The position numbers and the translations under genes are program-made. The notes under the pieces are model-generated. The model saw only the letters and a list, made by a program, of their open reading frames with translations, was not told the origin of the DNA and searched no databases. Below are positions 19,373-29,908 of a DNA stretch of 64,000 bases, piece after piece; positions within the stretch are counted from its first letter, which is position 1, and every line of letters begins with the position of its first letter. Location of the stretch: positions 46 through 64,045 of the forward strand of contig JBKCHQ010000200.1 of assembly GCA_046302715.1 (NCBI GenBank), read 5' to 3'. The DNA is from Bacteroidia bacterium (GTDB lineage: Bacteria; Bacteroidota; Bacteroidia; M30B66).

Positions 19373-21400
19373 TTAAGCAGTAATGGGCTTTAGCGCGTGC
19401 AATTTTATTTTGGTGTACAAATCATTCTGCTCCAGAGGTTTGGTTACAAAATCATTCATCCCTGAGTCAAGAACTTTTTTGCGTGTTTCTGGAAATGCAT
19501 CGGCGGTGAGTGCGATGATTGGAATTTCGGGGTTTCTCAAGCGGTTGGAGCGATCGCGAATGTATGCAGTAGCCTCGTAGCCACTCATTACAGGCATTTG
19601 CAAATCCATTAGTACGAGCGCATAATCGTGTTCCTTAAGGAGGTTCACCGCCTGTAGTCCATCGTCTGCAAAATCAACTTTAACATTCCATAAGTCAAGC
19701 ACCTGATTGGCCACAAATTGGTTCATTGGATTATCTTCAACCAGCAGCACTTTCATTCCGTTGAAATCACGTTTTTCGACCAATTCAGCAATTTGCTCTT
19801 CTTCGGTTCCGGGATTATCAGACTGACTTAATTCAAAATCCAGTTCGAAGTGAAATACCGTTCCTTTTCCAACCTCCGACTCCAACGAAATTTTCCCTCC
19901 CTGCATCTCAACCAGTTGTCGAGTAATTGCCAGGCCTAAGCCAGTGCCTCCAAATCTACGCGTGATATCGGTATACGCTTGTGTATAGGATTCGAAAACA
20001 GACGTTATTTTGTCTTTGGGAATACCAATTCCGGTATCCTCCACTTCAAATGCAAGCTTAATATTCGTTCCTACTTCCTGTATCGTTTTTATTCTTAAAT
20101 AAACCGAGCCTTCTTTTGTAAATTTAATCGCGTTCGATAGCAGGTTCAATAAAATTTGATTGAGCCTGAATGGATCACCCCTCAAATATTGTGGGGTATT
20201 GGGCTCCCAATCAATTTTTAGGGCAATGCCCTTTTCTTCGGCTTTAAAAACAAATGTTTTTCTGATTTCGTGTAGCTTTGAGATGAGATCGAAATGAATG
20301 TTTTCGAACTCCATTTTGCCCGATTCAATTTTTGAGAAATCCAAAATATCGTTAATAATCACCAAGAGATTATCGGCCGAATATTTAATGGATCGTATGT
20401 TTTCGAGCTGTTTGTTGCTCATATTTTCTTTGAGTAGCAATTCAGATAGCCCTATTATGGCATTCATGGGCGTACGTATTTCGTGGCTCATGTTGCTAAG
20501 GAATTCTGATTTTGCTTTAGCTGTGCGCTCTGCTTCCAGCTTAGATTCGAGAATATCCCATTCGGCCTTTTTACGCTCAGTGATGTCTTGTCCATACACT
20601 ACAACCCCTTCAATTCGTCCGTTGGCTCCCATTATCGGATTAAATAAGAAATCGTAAAAGATGGATTGTTCCGAACCTTGACCAAATTCCTCGGTAACTT
20701 TAAGATGCTGCCCCGACATGGCCAATTCAAGGTTTTTTCTTATGATTTCTCGTTCATCATCATTTGTAAATGAATCAAGCGCACACATCCCGTCTTGCGG
20801 AGTTTTGCCATTGAGTTTATGAATGGCTTGGCAAAAAACAGAATTAAAGGCTGTGTAATTTAAATGCCAGTCAACCGAAAATACCATTGCTTTGGTGCTT
20901 TCCAATATGGCATTGAGTTTTGTGTTGTTTTCAACCAATGCTTTTTCGGCGGCCAGCTTTTTATGTTCTGCATCTCTTAAGCGCAAGCCCGAGTTTATTA
21001 TTTTGGTAATATTTTCTGGATTAACTTCATCTTTTGGGAAATAATCGAAGGCGCCCGCCTTCATCATTTCAACGGCAATTTTTTCATCGCCTTGCGATGT
21101 AAGTACCGCGATGGGCGCTGATATACCCGACTCCTTTAGCTTTTTAAGAAGCGTTAAACCGTCAATCCCTGGCATTTGATAGTCTAAAAACACGAGATCG
21201 AATTCGATATCGTATAATACTTCAAATGCCTGATCGGCTCTGTTACAATGCGTTAATGAAAAGTCTAAGCCCGAACGCTTAAGCGCCCGTTCAAAAGCCA
21301 TGGCGTCAAACTCATCATCATCCACTAAAAATATCCGTATAGTATTTCCCTGATTCATGTGTGTTGTAATAACCTTTTTAAAGGCAATTTCTATACGCAC
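19373..21400 (-). CDS. Hybrid sensor histidine kinase/response regulator (REC-PAS-HisKA-HATPase-REC)
   Basis: N-terminal receiver (IFLVDDDEFDAMAFERAL...FLDYQMPGIDG), PAS region, H-box (SHEIRTPMNAIIG), N/G1/G2 boxes (LLSNAIKFT, DTGIGIP, GGTGLGLAI), C-terminal receiver (VLLVEDNPMNQ...LMDLQMPVMSG). Confidence 0.85.
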   Translation of the reverse strand: MRIEIAFKKVITTHMNQGNTIRIFLVDDDEFDAMAFERALKRSGLDFSLTHCNRADQAFEVLYDIEFDLVFLDYQMPGIDGLTLLKKLKESGISAPIAVLTSQGDEKIAVEMMKAGAFDYFPKDEVNPENITKIINSGLRLRDAEHKKLAAEKALVENNTKLNAILESTKAMVFSVDWHLNYTAFNSVFCQAIHKLNGKTPQDGMCALDSFTNDDEREIIRKNLELAMSGQHLKVTEEFGQGSEQSIFYDFLFNPIMGANGRIEGVVVYGQDITERKKAEWDILESKLEAERTAKAKSEFLSNMSHEIRTPMNAIIGLSELLLKENMSNKQLENIRSIKYSADNLLVIINDILDFSKIESGKMEFENIHFDLISKLHEIRKTFVFKAEEKGIALKIDWEPNTPQYLRGDPFRLNQILLNLLSNAIKFTKEGSVYLRIKTIQEVGTNIKLAFEVEDTGIGIPKDKITSVFESYTQAYTDITRRFGGTGLGLAITRQLVEMQGGKISLESEVGKGTVFHFELDFELSQSDNPGTEEEQIAELVEKRDFNGMKVLLVEDNPMNQFVANQVLDLWNVKVDFADDGLQAVNLLKEHDYALVLMDLQMPVMSGYEATAYIRDRSNRLRNPEIPIIALTADAFPETRKKVLDSGMNDFVTKPLEQNDLYTKIKLHALKPITA

Positions 21401-21436
21401 AATCTTAAAAGGGGTTTCAAAATCTTAGGCAATAAT

Positions 21437-21865
21437 TTACCCCGGATATTCGCAAAGGGTCCAGTAGTTTTTAAGTATAGAAACCGCACTCACAAAGTTC
21501 TCCATCGACAGGGGTTTTAGAATATATCCAGCCACATTTAATTTGTAGGCATCTACTTTGTCCTTGTCTTCATTAGAAGTTGTCATAACGAAAACGGAAA
21601 TATTCTTTAAATGCTCGTCTTTTCGTAATTCGTATAAAAATTCAATTCCACCCATTCGAGGCATGTTAAGATCCAATAAAATAATACGAGGTATGGGTAT
21701 AGCGGCTTGTCCGTCCTCGCCACGAAGCATGCTTAATGCTTCAATACCATTACCAGCATGATATAGTGGATTGGTGAGGTTGTTTTTTTGAAAGGCTCGT
21801 TTTACATTCATTACATCTACCTCGTCGTCTTCGACCAGTAATATGTTAATCATCTTTTCTGCCAT
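21437..21865 (-). CDS. Single-domain response regulator (CheY/Rcp-like receiver)
   Basis: ILLVEDDEVDVMNVKRAF...ILLDLNMPRMGG. 142 aa, receiver only, no output domain. Confidence 0.85.
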   Translation of the reverse strand: MAEKMINILLVEDDEVDVMNVKRAFQKNNLTNPLYHAGNGIEALSMLRGEDGQAAIPIPRIILLDLNMPRMGGIEFLYELRKDEHLKNISVFVMTTSNEDKDKVDAYKLNVAGYILKPLSMENFVSAVSILKNYWTLCEYPG

Positions 21866-21870
21866 GGCAA

Positions 21871-23793
21871 TTAGCTTATTGTGTTAGGATTGGTTTCGAT
21901 TTTTGGGATGGTAAATTTAAAGGTAGCGCCTTTCCCCTTTTCGCTCTCTACCCATACATGACCGCCTTGCTCTTCAATAATTTTTTTTACAATGGCAAGT
22001 CCAACACCAGTGCTTTCTATTACATCTCGAGCCTGCAGGGTTTGAAATATTACAAAAATTTTATCGTGAAACTCCGGTTCTATTCCCGGTCCATTATCGG
22101 TCACGCTGAATTCATATTGGCTTGAACTTTCAGCTGCTTTTATTGAAATTTCGGGGTTTTCGGACGAGTTATATTTAATGGCATTGCTAATTAGGTTAGC
22201 AAAGATTTGTTCGAGTAACAGCTTTTCGCCCCAAATTGAGGGTAAATGCTCTTGAATGTTCACCTTAAATGTGGAGGGGGGAGCTATTTCATTCACTATT
22301 TCAGGGATGAATACATTCATATCAATAAACTGATACTCATTTTTGGTTCTTCCTGCCCTCGAATACTGTAGAATTCCATTAATAAGCGATTCCAGTCGTA
22401 GAATCCGCCCCCGAAGCATCTCGAAGTTCTTTTTGGTTCCCCCTTCGAGCTTGCCTTCCAAATCTTCTTCAATCCAAACCGATAAATTGTTAATGGCTCT
22501 TAATGGAGCTTTTAAGTCATGCGAAACAATGTAGGCAAACTGGTCAAGTTCTTTGTTGATTTTTTCTAGACTGGAGGCGTATTCCTTTATTTGATTTTCA
22601 TTTTGGGTACGTTCGGTTATGTCTTGAAGTGTCCCGGTTAATTTTACTATGGTATTTTGTTTGTCGAAAACAGGTCGGATGTTAAAATTTAAACTCGAGA
22701 TTTGATTTTTGGATTTTTGAATCTGAATGTCGGTATTTACTTCTTCCTTTAGTTGAAGTTTTTGCCAAATTTCGTCCAATACCAATTTATCGTCATTGAG
22801 TAATTTTTTCTTCAGTAATAATGGAAATTCAAGATCGAAAACTACATCTTCTTTTCTCATTCCGAGTAGTGATGGACAATTATCGGTAAACTGAATTCGA
22901 CCGTTCTCCATATCTACTTCAAAGGTTCCCATTTGGGCCATTTCCTGAGCCTCGACTAGCTCCTGTCTATTTTTAAACAAGAATAATTCCTGATTTCGGC
23001 GCTGGAGGCTTCCGCTTAGCGAGCTTGAAAAATTATTTAAAATGGATCGGGCAATACTGTTTAAACCCGTTGACTCGGTAGGGAATATGTACCCGATAAT
23101 GCCCCATAATACCCCTCCTGAATGTACAGGGGTTAGATGAAAAGCGTTATTGCCATTTGTACTTATGGTGGCATCAGCTGAGATGGTTTGCCCCGCTATT
23201 AATGCATCATAAAACTTAAAATATGAAGAGCTTAAAATGTCAATGGAGTTGGCTGTGGAAGTATCGGAATTAAAGATGAGGCGTTGGTTGTCATGCTTCC
23301 ATTTAATACGTTCAATAAAGAGCGTATCGCTTTCGCCGTTATCAGTTTTCTCCCATAAAAACACCTCAACAGCACCGATTGCTTGCGATACCGAATTAAG
23401 AGCATCAGACAATGCCTCCTCGTAAGATGACTTAACCAATAATACGGTTGACGCGTTATTGGTTGCCGTAAGGAGCTTATCGGTTTTGTTGAGCTCTTCC
23501 TCACGAATCTTACGGGCTTCAATTTCAGTTATAAGTTCTTCATTGAGCTGCTCGTATTCGCGGGTTCTCGTTTTAACTTTCGACTCCAACGACGCGTTAA
23601 GTTCGTTAAGTTGTTGGTTCGATTTAAATAACTCATTTGAACTCACCTCTAAGGTTCGCTCCAGCTGTTCGTAGTCTAAATCATAACTGGTATAGGCCTC
23701 ACTTACTGCTTTTAAAAAAGCATCCCATTCTGCAGATTGAGGCTCAGCATTCGGAAAAAATTTTTTTAATTGTCGTTGAAGCAGGCGATGCAT
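21871..23793 (-). CDS. Cytoplasmic sensor histidine kinase (coiled-coil, GAF/PAS-like, HisKA, HATPase)
   Basis: No TM segments. N-terminal coiled coil. H-box SHDLKAPLRAINNL (phytochrome-type HisKA flavour). HATPase motifs (LISNAIKYN, DNGPGIEPEF, GVGLAIVKK). Confidence 0.8.
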   Translation of the reverse strand: MHRLLQRQLKKFFPNAEPQSAEWDAFLKAVSEAYTSYDLDYEQLERTLEVSSNELFKSNQQLNELNASLESKVKTRTREYEQLNEELITEIEARKIREEELNKTDKLLTATNNASTVLLVKSSYEEALSDALNSVSQAIGAVEVFLWEKTDNGESDTLFIERIKWKHDNQRLIFNSDTSTANSIDILSSSYFKFYDALIAGQTISADATISTNGNNAFHLTPVHSGGVLWGIIGYIFPTESTGLNSIARSILNNFSSSLSGSLQRRNQELFLFKNRQELVEAQEMAQMGTFEVDMENGRIQFTDNCPSLLGMRKEDVVFDLEFPLLLKKKLLNDDKLVLDEIWQKLQLKEEVNTDIQIQKSKNQISSLNFNIRPVFDKQNTIVKLTGTLQDITERTQNENQIKEYASSLEKINKELDQFAYIVSHDLKAPLRAINNLSVWIEEDLEGKLEGGTKKNFEMLRGRILRLESLINGILQYSRAGRTKNEYQFIDMNVFIPEIVNEIAPPSTFKVNIQEHLPSIWGEKLLLEQIFANLISNAIKYNSSENPEISIKAAESSSQYEFSVTDNGPGIEPEFHDKIFVIFQTLQARDVIESTGVGLAIVKKIIEEQGGHVWVESEKGKGATFKFTIPKIETNPNTIS

Positions 23794-23801
23794 TGTTGCC
23801 T

Positions 23802-24938
23802 TTAATTTTCGGAAAGAACGGTAAGCGTCATAGTTTGGTTGTGCAATTCGCAGGCGGCATTATCCGAAAAAGGTGAGATTTCTCCGTATGAGTAAAAGCC
23901 TGTGCTGTGGTGTCCTTCGCCTAACAGGCGATAAACTCCTTCAACTTCTTCTTCTACCAGCTGTTTGAGAACCAGTTTACGTCCAACGCAACTTACCAGT
24001 ATAGCCAAATCTGTATGGTCCGATTTCATTCCATTACTGGTAATTTCAGCGGCTCTAATTGCGCCTTGAATGAGGCGTTCGGTATTTGCCTTCATCAGCC
24101 GAACATACGAACCTTCGGGCAAATCGCCTGCAAAGGTAATGCTTTGTTCGGCCTCGTTTACGGCAAGGATGGTGCGTACTACAGGTTGTTCATCTTCTTT
24201 TGTTCTAAGACTCAATGGGAAGAGCAGACCTGAGGAGGGTAAATGTTGTGCGTTCTCACCTAAAAATGACTTGTATAGTTCAAGAGCCGGCTGATTATCA
24301 ATTGAGTACAGGACATTAGCTTTGCTGGAGGTTACCTTTCGTTCCACTCCAAATGGATCCCACCCGCCATATGACCCATAACTTACATTTATAGCGTCTC
24401 CATAAAATCCTACGGCTGTTATCGCTTTTTCCATCACTTCACCGTTTCTGGATAACACATAAGTGTTTTTAAAATCGGCTCCATCACCGGCTAAACCTCC
24501 AGTTACGGTAATGCCCTCAGGAAGGCTCTCGCGCATACCTTTTACCAATTCAGACCCGTTTACATGCAGCCCATCTGAGAGCACTAAAACATGTTTAAGG
24601 TCTTTTTTATCGAGTTGATGGATAAGATTTTTTCCGCAGAGGTAACTGTCTGCTGTTTCGTTCAACAACACTTGTGAAAATTCTATACGGGTTTTTTCGA
24701 ACTCAATGGCCGTAGCAACCACAGTATCGTCATGAACGTTTTGCCCCATAATCTCTCCCGAAGTGGAGCATCCCATTATACCAGCATTGGGAAAAGCCTT
24801 TAATAACTCCTTAAATCGTTGCTTGTCTTGAAACATTTTTGGAGCGGCAAAAACCAGTAGCAGCTGTATATGTGTATTTACTTCAAGTTGAGGCACCCAT
24901 GTGCTAGCGTCATTACAAATAAATTGGTTGATTTTCAT
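23802..24938 (-). CDS. FIST domain protein (FIST_N + FIST_C putative small-ligand sensor)
   Basis: 378 aa soluble protein. C-terminal GFYSYGEISPF motif is characteristic of FIST_C. Located 8 nt upstream of the histidine kinase. Confidence 0.7.
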   Translation of the reverse strand: MKINQFICNDASTWVPQLEVNTHIQLLLVFAAPKMFQDKQRFKELLKAFPNAGIMGCSTSGEIMGQNVHDDTVVATAIEFEKTRIEFSQVLLNETADSYLCGKNLIHQLDKKDLKHVLVLSDGLHVNGSELVKGMRESLPEGITVTGGLAGDGADFKNTYVLSRNGEVMEKAITAVGFYGDAINVSYGSYGGWDPFGVERKVTSSKANVLYSIDNQPALELYKSFLGENAQHLPSSGLLFPLSLRTKEDEQPVVRTILAVNEAEQSITFAGDLPEGSYVRLMKANTERLIQGAIRAAEITSNGMKSDHTDLAILVSCVGRKLVLKQLVEEEVEGVYRLLGEGHHSTGFYSYGEISPFSDNAACELHNQTMTLTVLSEN

Positions 24939-25028
24939 AGAGCAGGTTTATCCGAAAATTAGGTAAGCGCTAAAGTGCAAAAAAAAACGCCCCGTTGTAA
25001 GAGCGCTTTAAAAATTCTTTAGAAATAA

Positions 25029-28000
25029 TTATCGCTTAATCGTTATGGAGCCTGAACGCTCAATAGAATCGCCATCGAAATTAGTTCCACGTAACACATA
25101 AAAGTACACTCCATCAGGCGATGCCATACCCTGATGGTTCCCATCCCATGAAAATTGGGCGTTTTTCCAAGTCGCAATCGTGTTTCCATATCGGTTAAAC
25201 ACGGCAAAGTCAAACGATGTCAACCCTTTTAATTCGGGCTTAAAAAGATCATTAAATCCATCTCCATTGGGCGTAAAACTGTTAGGGATTACAATTTCCA
25301 CTAATCCGGATACCACCTCAATATATCGGGTTAACGAATCTACACATCCTTCATCATTGGATGCAACCAATGTTAAAACATACAAACCTTCATTGGCAAG
25401 AACAAACGGTACATTGTCGGTTACAGAGCCGCTTGAACCATTTAATGTATAAATAAATGAATCGGCATTATTGCTTGAGTTTGACGCTGTAACCGTAAAT
25501 GGAGCAACGCCAGCTAAATCATTTACCGTAAAGTTGGCCTGAACGCCATTATCTACTAAAGTTATTTCATCCGTATCTACATTACATGCGCCTGTTACCG
25601 TTAATGTGTAGGTTCCGGCCTGATTTACCACAAGCGTATTTGATGTTTCGCCTGTTGACCAGCTATTGCCAATTGTAGCGGAAGATTGAAGGGTTACAGG
25701 CTGAAAATTACAGGTTTCGGTTTCGCCATTAAAGATTATTTCCGCACTCACAGGCGCCTCTTCGTTTAATGTAATTTCAACTACATCGCTTGCACAGGCT
25801 CCTTCTACGCATTGAATAAAAATATCGGATCCTTCGGTATTATTGGGTTGATAACTTGTACCTGTTCCAAGAATTTGAGTAAGTCCTGCATCATTGTACC
25901 ATGTAATGGTTCCTGATGCACTAGCTGTTAAAAGTGGGATTTGACTTCCTGTACAATAAATAATACTGGTTTGCGTACTTGGTGCTGCAGGAGCGGGCTC
26001 GAACACTACATTAATCGGCGATGCTCCACTTGTACAACCCGAAAAGCCTTGTGTTACATAATAGGTAGCATTGATATTTGCAGGTGGAACAAATCCGTTC
26101 CCCGAAAAAATCTCATTGCCAAGCGCAGCATCTGAATACCACCTTACTTCGGCTCCGGGCAGTACGCCCGCATTAATTGGCGCAGCTACCTGACCCTCGC
26201 AATAGGTTATTGTGGCATCAACTATAGGGGCTGTTACCGTTGATACAATTGTAATAGTTTGTGTTGAAGAGCTGGCACAACTGCCAGATCCAACACTGTA
26301 TGTAATTGAAATCGGTCCGTTTATGCCATCAGTGAATAAAAATGAACCGGCTACACCGGTACCTGCCCATGTGCCTCCTGTTGTTCCGGTAATGTAGTCG
26401 TTTAGTTGAATTGTTGCCGCTGGATTACACAATGTTCCAGGGTTATTCCATGTGGGATCCCCAGAACTTAAAACTTGAACTGTTTGTTGTGACTCAACCG
26501 TGCAACTGCCTGTCCCAACTGAGTAGGTAATCACAATAGACCCACTTAGGCCTGCAGGATTAAACGTGTTGCCACTTACTCCCGCGCCCGACCAAGTGCC
26601 ACCCGTGTTGCCGGTAATGAGCGTGTTTAAGTCAATTGATCCTGCATTTGAACACTGACTTCCGGGCGCCGTCCATGCAGCCGAAAGTGTTTGTCCGTTT
26701 AAAGTTACCTGAACGGGGGTGCTTCGACAATTACCAGTCCCCGCTACTACCCAAATATCAGGAGCTTGGCTTTCTAAGGGTTGAAAACTGAGTCCTGATC
26801 CAATAATTTGAAAGAGCGTTTGATCATTATACCAAGTTACTGTAGTAGGTGTTCCTGTTGTCGCTGTTAACGTAGGCAGTGGCGATCCCGGGCAGAAATT
26901 TACCGAAGTCTGAGAAATCTGAGGGGGTGCCGGTGGCGGATTGTAGCTTATGTTAACTTCTGTTATGCCTGTATTACACCCAGCGTATTGTTGACTTACA
27001 TACACGGTAGTGTTTTGACCTAATGGAGGATTATAGGTGCTTCCACTCGTGATGAGGTTGGTAAGATTTATATCGGAGTACCAATCAACAGCAGTTTCTA
27101 AATACCCCACTGCAGTTATGGTTGGACTTGTGGTTATATCAGAGCAAAACGTAAAGTTTGGCCCTCCTGTGACTGTGGGACCCGGCAAAAAGGAACCAAC
27201 AAATAAAATCTGCGTTGATGTGCTCACACATGTTCCATTGCCCACTGTATAGGTTACCTGAATGGGGCCATTGATTCCCTCAGGAAATAATATTGGACCC
27301 GCCAATCCGCTTCCCGACCATGTTCCGCCGGGGGTACCGGTAATAAAATTATTAAAGTTGATAGGCGTAAATTGATCGCAAATAGCACCTGGATTGGTCC
27401 AACTCGCAGATCCACTTGGATTTACTGTGACAATTTGTTGGTTTTCGATAGTACATGTGCCAGTCCCCAGTACATAACTAATTACAATATTTCCACTCAA
27501 GCCCGTCGGATTAAAAATTCCATTGGTAACACCGGGTCCGAAGAACGTGCCTCCAGGCGTGCCGGTTACAAGCGTATTTAAGTTAATGGGTGTGGCATTA
27601 CTGCATAATGCTCCCGGACTGGTCCAAGCAGCCGATAATGTACCTGTAAAAAACGAGCAGCCGATTACACTGTAAGTAGCTTGTCCGTTATCTTCGAAAA
27701 GTACACCGGCTCCATTCTGACCAGCGAGTAGAGCCCTGTCGTAAGTAACTTCTTCGGTACAGGCATTAGCTCCTGTAACATTTATCGTTAATGTTCTCGT
27801 GCCTGAGCCAGAGTTTGCAAAATTTCCTACAGATGTGGCGCCGCAATGAAAAATTACATAAAGCACATCCGTAAGTCCCTCGAGGGTAATACCGCTAACA
27901 TCTGGATTAACACTGGTAAACAGCAACACCTTTGAGTTAGCGGGAATTATACCTCCTGTTGGCTCTACAACAGAACCGCATGAATTGGTAATGGTTGCTG

Positions 28001-28262
28001 AAAGCTGATTTACTTTTGCGGCAGTTCCCGCATCCTGACAGATCCCTTGCCATGTATTTGAGGTATTAGGCCATGTAAACTGTAAATCAGAAACATTAAG
28101 CGGTGCTGCTCCTGTTCGAAACAGTACTTGTTCATTTAAGCCTTCATCAGCAGTACATGCGTCAACCAAAATACCATCAACTTCAATACATGTTTGAGCT
28201 TCGCTAAATGTGGTGAATAGCGTTAAACTTGAGGCAATGAACACTCCTAAAATGTTTTTCAT
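25029..28262 (-). CDS. Large secreted adhesin-like protein with repeated Ig-like modules and T9SS type B (gliding motility-associated) C-terminal domain
   Basis: Start set at MKNILGVFIASSLTLFTTFSEAQ (signal peptide). The C terminus matches the type B CTD pattern (IPNSFTPNGDGFNDLFKP...DGVYFYVL). It contains a ~317-aa internal tandem duplication. Confidence 0.7.
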   Translation of the reverse strand: MKNILGVFIASSLTLFTTFSEAQTCIEVDGILVDACTADEGLNEQVLFRTGAAPLNVSDLQFTWPNTSNTWQGICQDAGTAAKVNQLSATITNSCGSVVEPTGGIIPANSKVLLFTSVNPDVSGITLEGLTDVLYVIFHCGATSVGNFANSGSGTRTLTINVTGANACTEEVTYDRALLAGQNGAGVLFEDNGQATYSVIGCSFFTGTLSAAWTSPGALCSNATPINLNTLVTGTPGGTFFGPGVTNGIFNPTGLSGNIVISYVLGTGTCTIENQQIVTVNPSGSASWTNPGAICDQFTPINFNNFITGTPGGTWSGSGLAGPILFPEGINGPIQVTYTVGNGTCVSTSTQILFVGSFLPGPTVTGGPNFTFCSDITTSPTITAVGYLETAVDWYSDINLTNLITSGSTYNPPLGQNTTVYVSQQYAGCNTGITEVNISYNPPPAPPQISQTSVNFCPGSPLPTLTATTGTPTTVTWYNDQTLFQIIGSGLSFQPLESQAPDIWVVAGTGNCRSTPVQVTLNGQTLSAAWTAPGSQCSNAGSIDLNTLITGNTGGTWSGAGVSGNTFNPAGLSGSIVITYSVGTGSCTVESQQTVQVLSSGDPTWNNPGTLCNPAATIQLNDYITGTTGGTWAGTGVAGSFLFTDGINGPISITYSVGSGSCASSSTQTITIVSTVTAPIVDATITYCEGQVAAPINAGVLPGAEVRWYSDAALGNEIFSGNGFVPPANINATYYVTQGFSGCTSGASPINVVFEPAPAAPSTQTSIIYCTGSQIPLLTASASGTITWYNDAGLTQILGTGTSYQPNNTEGSDIFIQCVEGACASDVVEITLNEEAPVSAEIIFNGETETCNFQPVTLQSSATIGNSWSTGETSNTLVVNQAGTYTLTVTGACNVDTDEITLVDNGVQANFTVNDLAGVAPFTVTASNSSNNADSFIYTLNGSSGSVTDNVPFVLANEGLYVLTLVASNDEGCVDSLTRYIEVVSGLVEIVIPNSFTPNGDGFNDLFKPELKGLTSFDFAVFNRYGNTIATWKNAQFSWDGNHQGMASPDGVYFYVLRGTNFDGDSIERSGSITIKR
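25743..27644 (-). repeat. Intragenic tandem duplication, two ~951-nt units
   Basis: The protein segments from aa ~226 (GTLSAAWTSPGALCSNATPINLNTLVTGTPGGT...) and aa ~543 (QTLSAAWTAPGSQCSNAGSIDLNTLITGNTGGT...) align over ~315 aa with high identity. Coordinates are approximate. Confidence 0.5.
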
Positions 28263-28381
28263 GTGTAAAAAATCAAATCTATCAACTTGCGAATTTACCT
28301 GCATTATACAAATAATCAAATCAAAATTCAGGAAACTTCAATTTGTGGAAAAAGATTTGATTGCCATCAATATATTTGCAC

Positions 28382-29908
28382 ATGCAGGAACGCTTGCTTA
28401 TTTTAGACTTCGGGTCTCAGTACACCCAACTCATCGCCCGAAGAATTAGGGAGTTAAACGTCTATTCGGAGATAATACCCTATTTTAATTTCAAAGGAAT
28501 TGACGATTCTGTTAAAGGAATAATCCTTTCGGGTTCGCCTCATTCGGTGTTAAACTCCGATGCTCCTCAGGTTGATCTCAGCCAATGGATTGGGAAGATT
28601 CCCATTTTAGGTATTTGTTATGGCGCTCAATACATTTCGCATTATCTGGGCGGTAAAGTGGCCAGTTCAAAAATTCGTGAGTATGGTCGAAGCAAATTAT
28701 TACTGAGTAATGCAGGTGCCTTGCTCGAAGGAGTAGCTGTTGAATCGTTCGTATGGATGTCGCACGGCGATAGCATTATTAATTTGCCCCAAGGTTACCA
28801 AATAACCGCCAGTTCGGAGGACATTCCGATTGCTGCTTTTGAAAACAGTGCCGAACAAGTTTTCGGCATCCAATTTCACCCCGAGGTAACGCATTCAGAA
28901 TGTGGGGTACAAGTGTTAAAAAACTTTGTCTTTTCTATTTGTAAGTGCTCGCCCGATTGGTCTCCTGAATCCTTTATTGAGTCTACGGTTAATGCTATTC
29001 GAGAACAAGTTGGTACCGATAGAGTTGTGTTGGGCTTAAGTGGAGGTGTTGATTCTTCGGTTGCCGCTTTGTTGCTTCACGAAGCTATTGGCAATCAGCT
29101 TTTTTGCATTTTTGTTGACAATGGATTACTTCGAAAAGACGAATATCGAAATGTATTGCATCATTATTCCGAAATGGGCCTTCAGGTGCATGGTGTTTCG
29201 GCCTCTGATAAATTTTTGTCAGCATTAGCGGGAATCGAAGAGCCTGAGCAAAAGCGTAAAGTAATTGGTAGGGTGTTCATTGAAGTCTTTGAAGAAGAAG
29301 CCCAAAAAATTAAAGATGCACGTTGGCTTGGGCAAGGCACCATTTACCCCGATGTAATTGAGTCGGTTTCAGTAAAAGGGCCATCAGCCACTATAAAGTC
29401 GCATCACAACGTTGGTGGTTTGCCTGATTTTATGAAATTAAAGGTCATCGAGCCGCTGCGCTTGCTTTTTAAAGATGAAGTAAGAAAGGTTGGTGCTTCA
29501 CTCGGTCTGAAGTCAGCCATATTGAATAGACACCCTTTTCCTGGTCCCGGTCTGGCCATAAGGATTTTGGGTGAGGTTAATGCGCATAAAGTGCGCATAC
29601 TTCAGGAGGCCGACGAAATATTTATAAACCATTTACACGATTCGCATCAATACGGACATGTTTGGCAGGCGGGGGCCATATTCTTGCCTGTAAAAAGTGT
29701 GGGAGTTATGGGCGATGAACGCACTTATGAGCATGTGATTTGCCTTAGAGCAGTAACTTCTGTTGACGGAATGACGGCAGATTTTGCACATCTTCCGCAT
29801 GAATTGCTGGCTAAAATCTCAAACGATATTATTAATAAAGTACATGGTGTTAACAGGGTTGTTTTTGATATTAGCTCAAAACCACCCGCAACCATTGAAT
29901 GGGAATGA
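28382..29908 (+). CDS. guaA: GMP synthase (glutamine-hydrolysing)
   Basis: Start at [24 protein letters not shown]. GATase (GICYGAQ), ATP-PPase P-loop (SGGVDSSV) and a C-terminal dimerisation domain ending in TIEWE. Confidence 0.9.
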   Translation: MQERLLILDFGSQYTQLIARRIRELNVYSEIIPYFNFKGIDDSVKGIILSGSPHSVLNSDAPQVDLSQWIGKIPILGICYGAQYISHYLGGKVASSKIREYGRSKLLLSNAGALLEGVAVESFVWMSHGDSIINLPQGYQITASSEDIPIAAFENSAEQVFGIQFHPEVTHSECGVQVLKNFVFSICKCSPDWSPESFIESTVNAIREQVGTDRVVLGLSGGVDSSVAALLLHEAIGNQLFCIFVDNGLLRKDEYRNVLHHYSEMGLQVHGVSASDKFLSALAGIEEPEQKRKVIGRVFIEVFEEEAQKIKDARWLGQGTIYPDVIESVSVKGPSATIKSHHNVGGLPDFMKLKVIEPLRLLFKDEVRKVGASLGLKSAILNRHPFPGPGLAIRILGEVNAHKVRILQEADEIFINHLHDSHQYGHVWQAGAIFLPVKSVGVMGDERTYEHVICLRAVTSVDGMTADFAHLPHELLAKISNDIINKVHGVNRVVFDISSKPPATIEWE

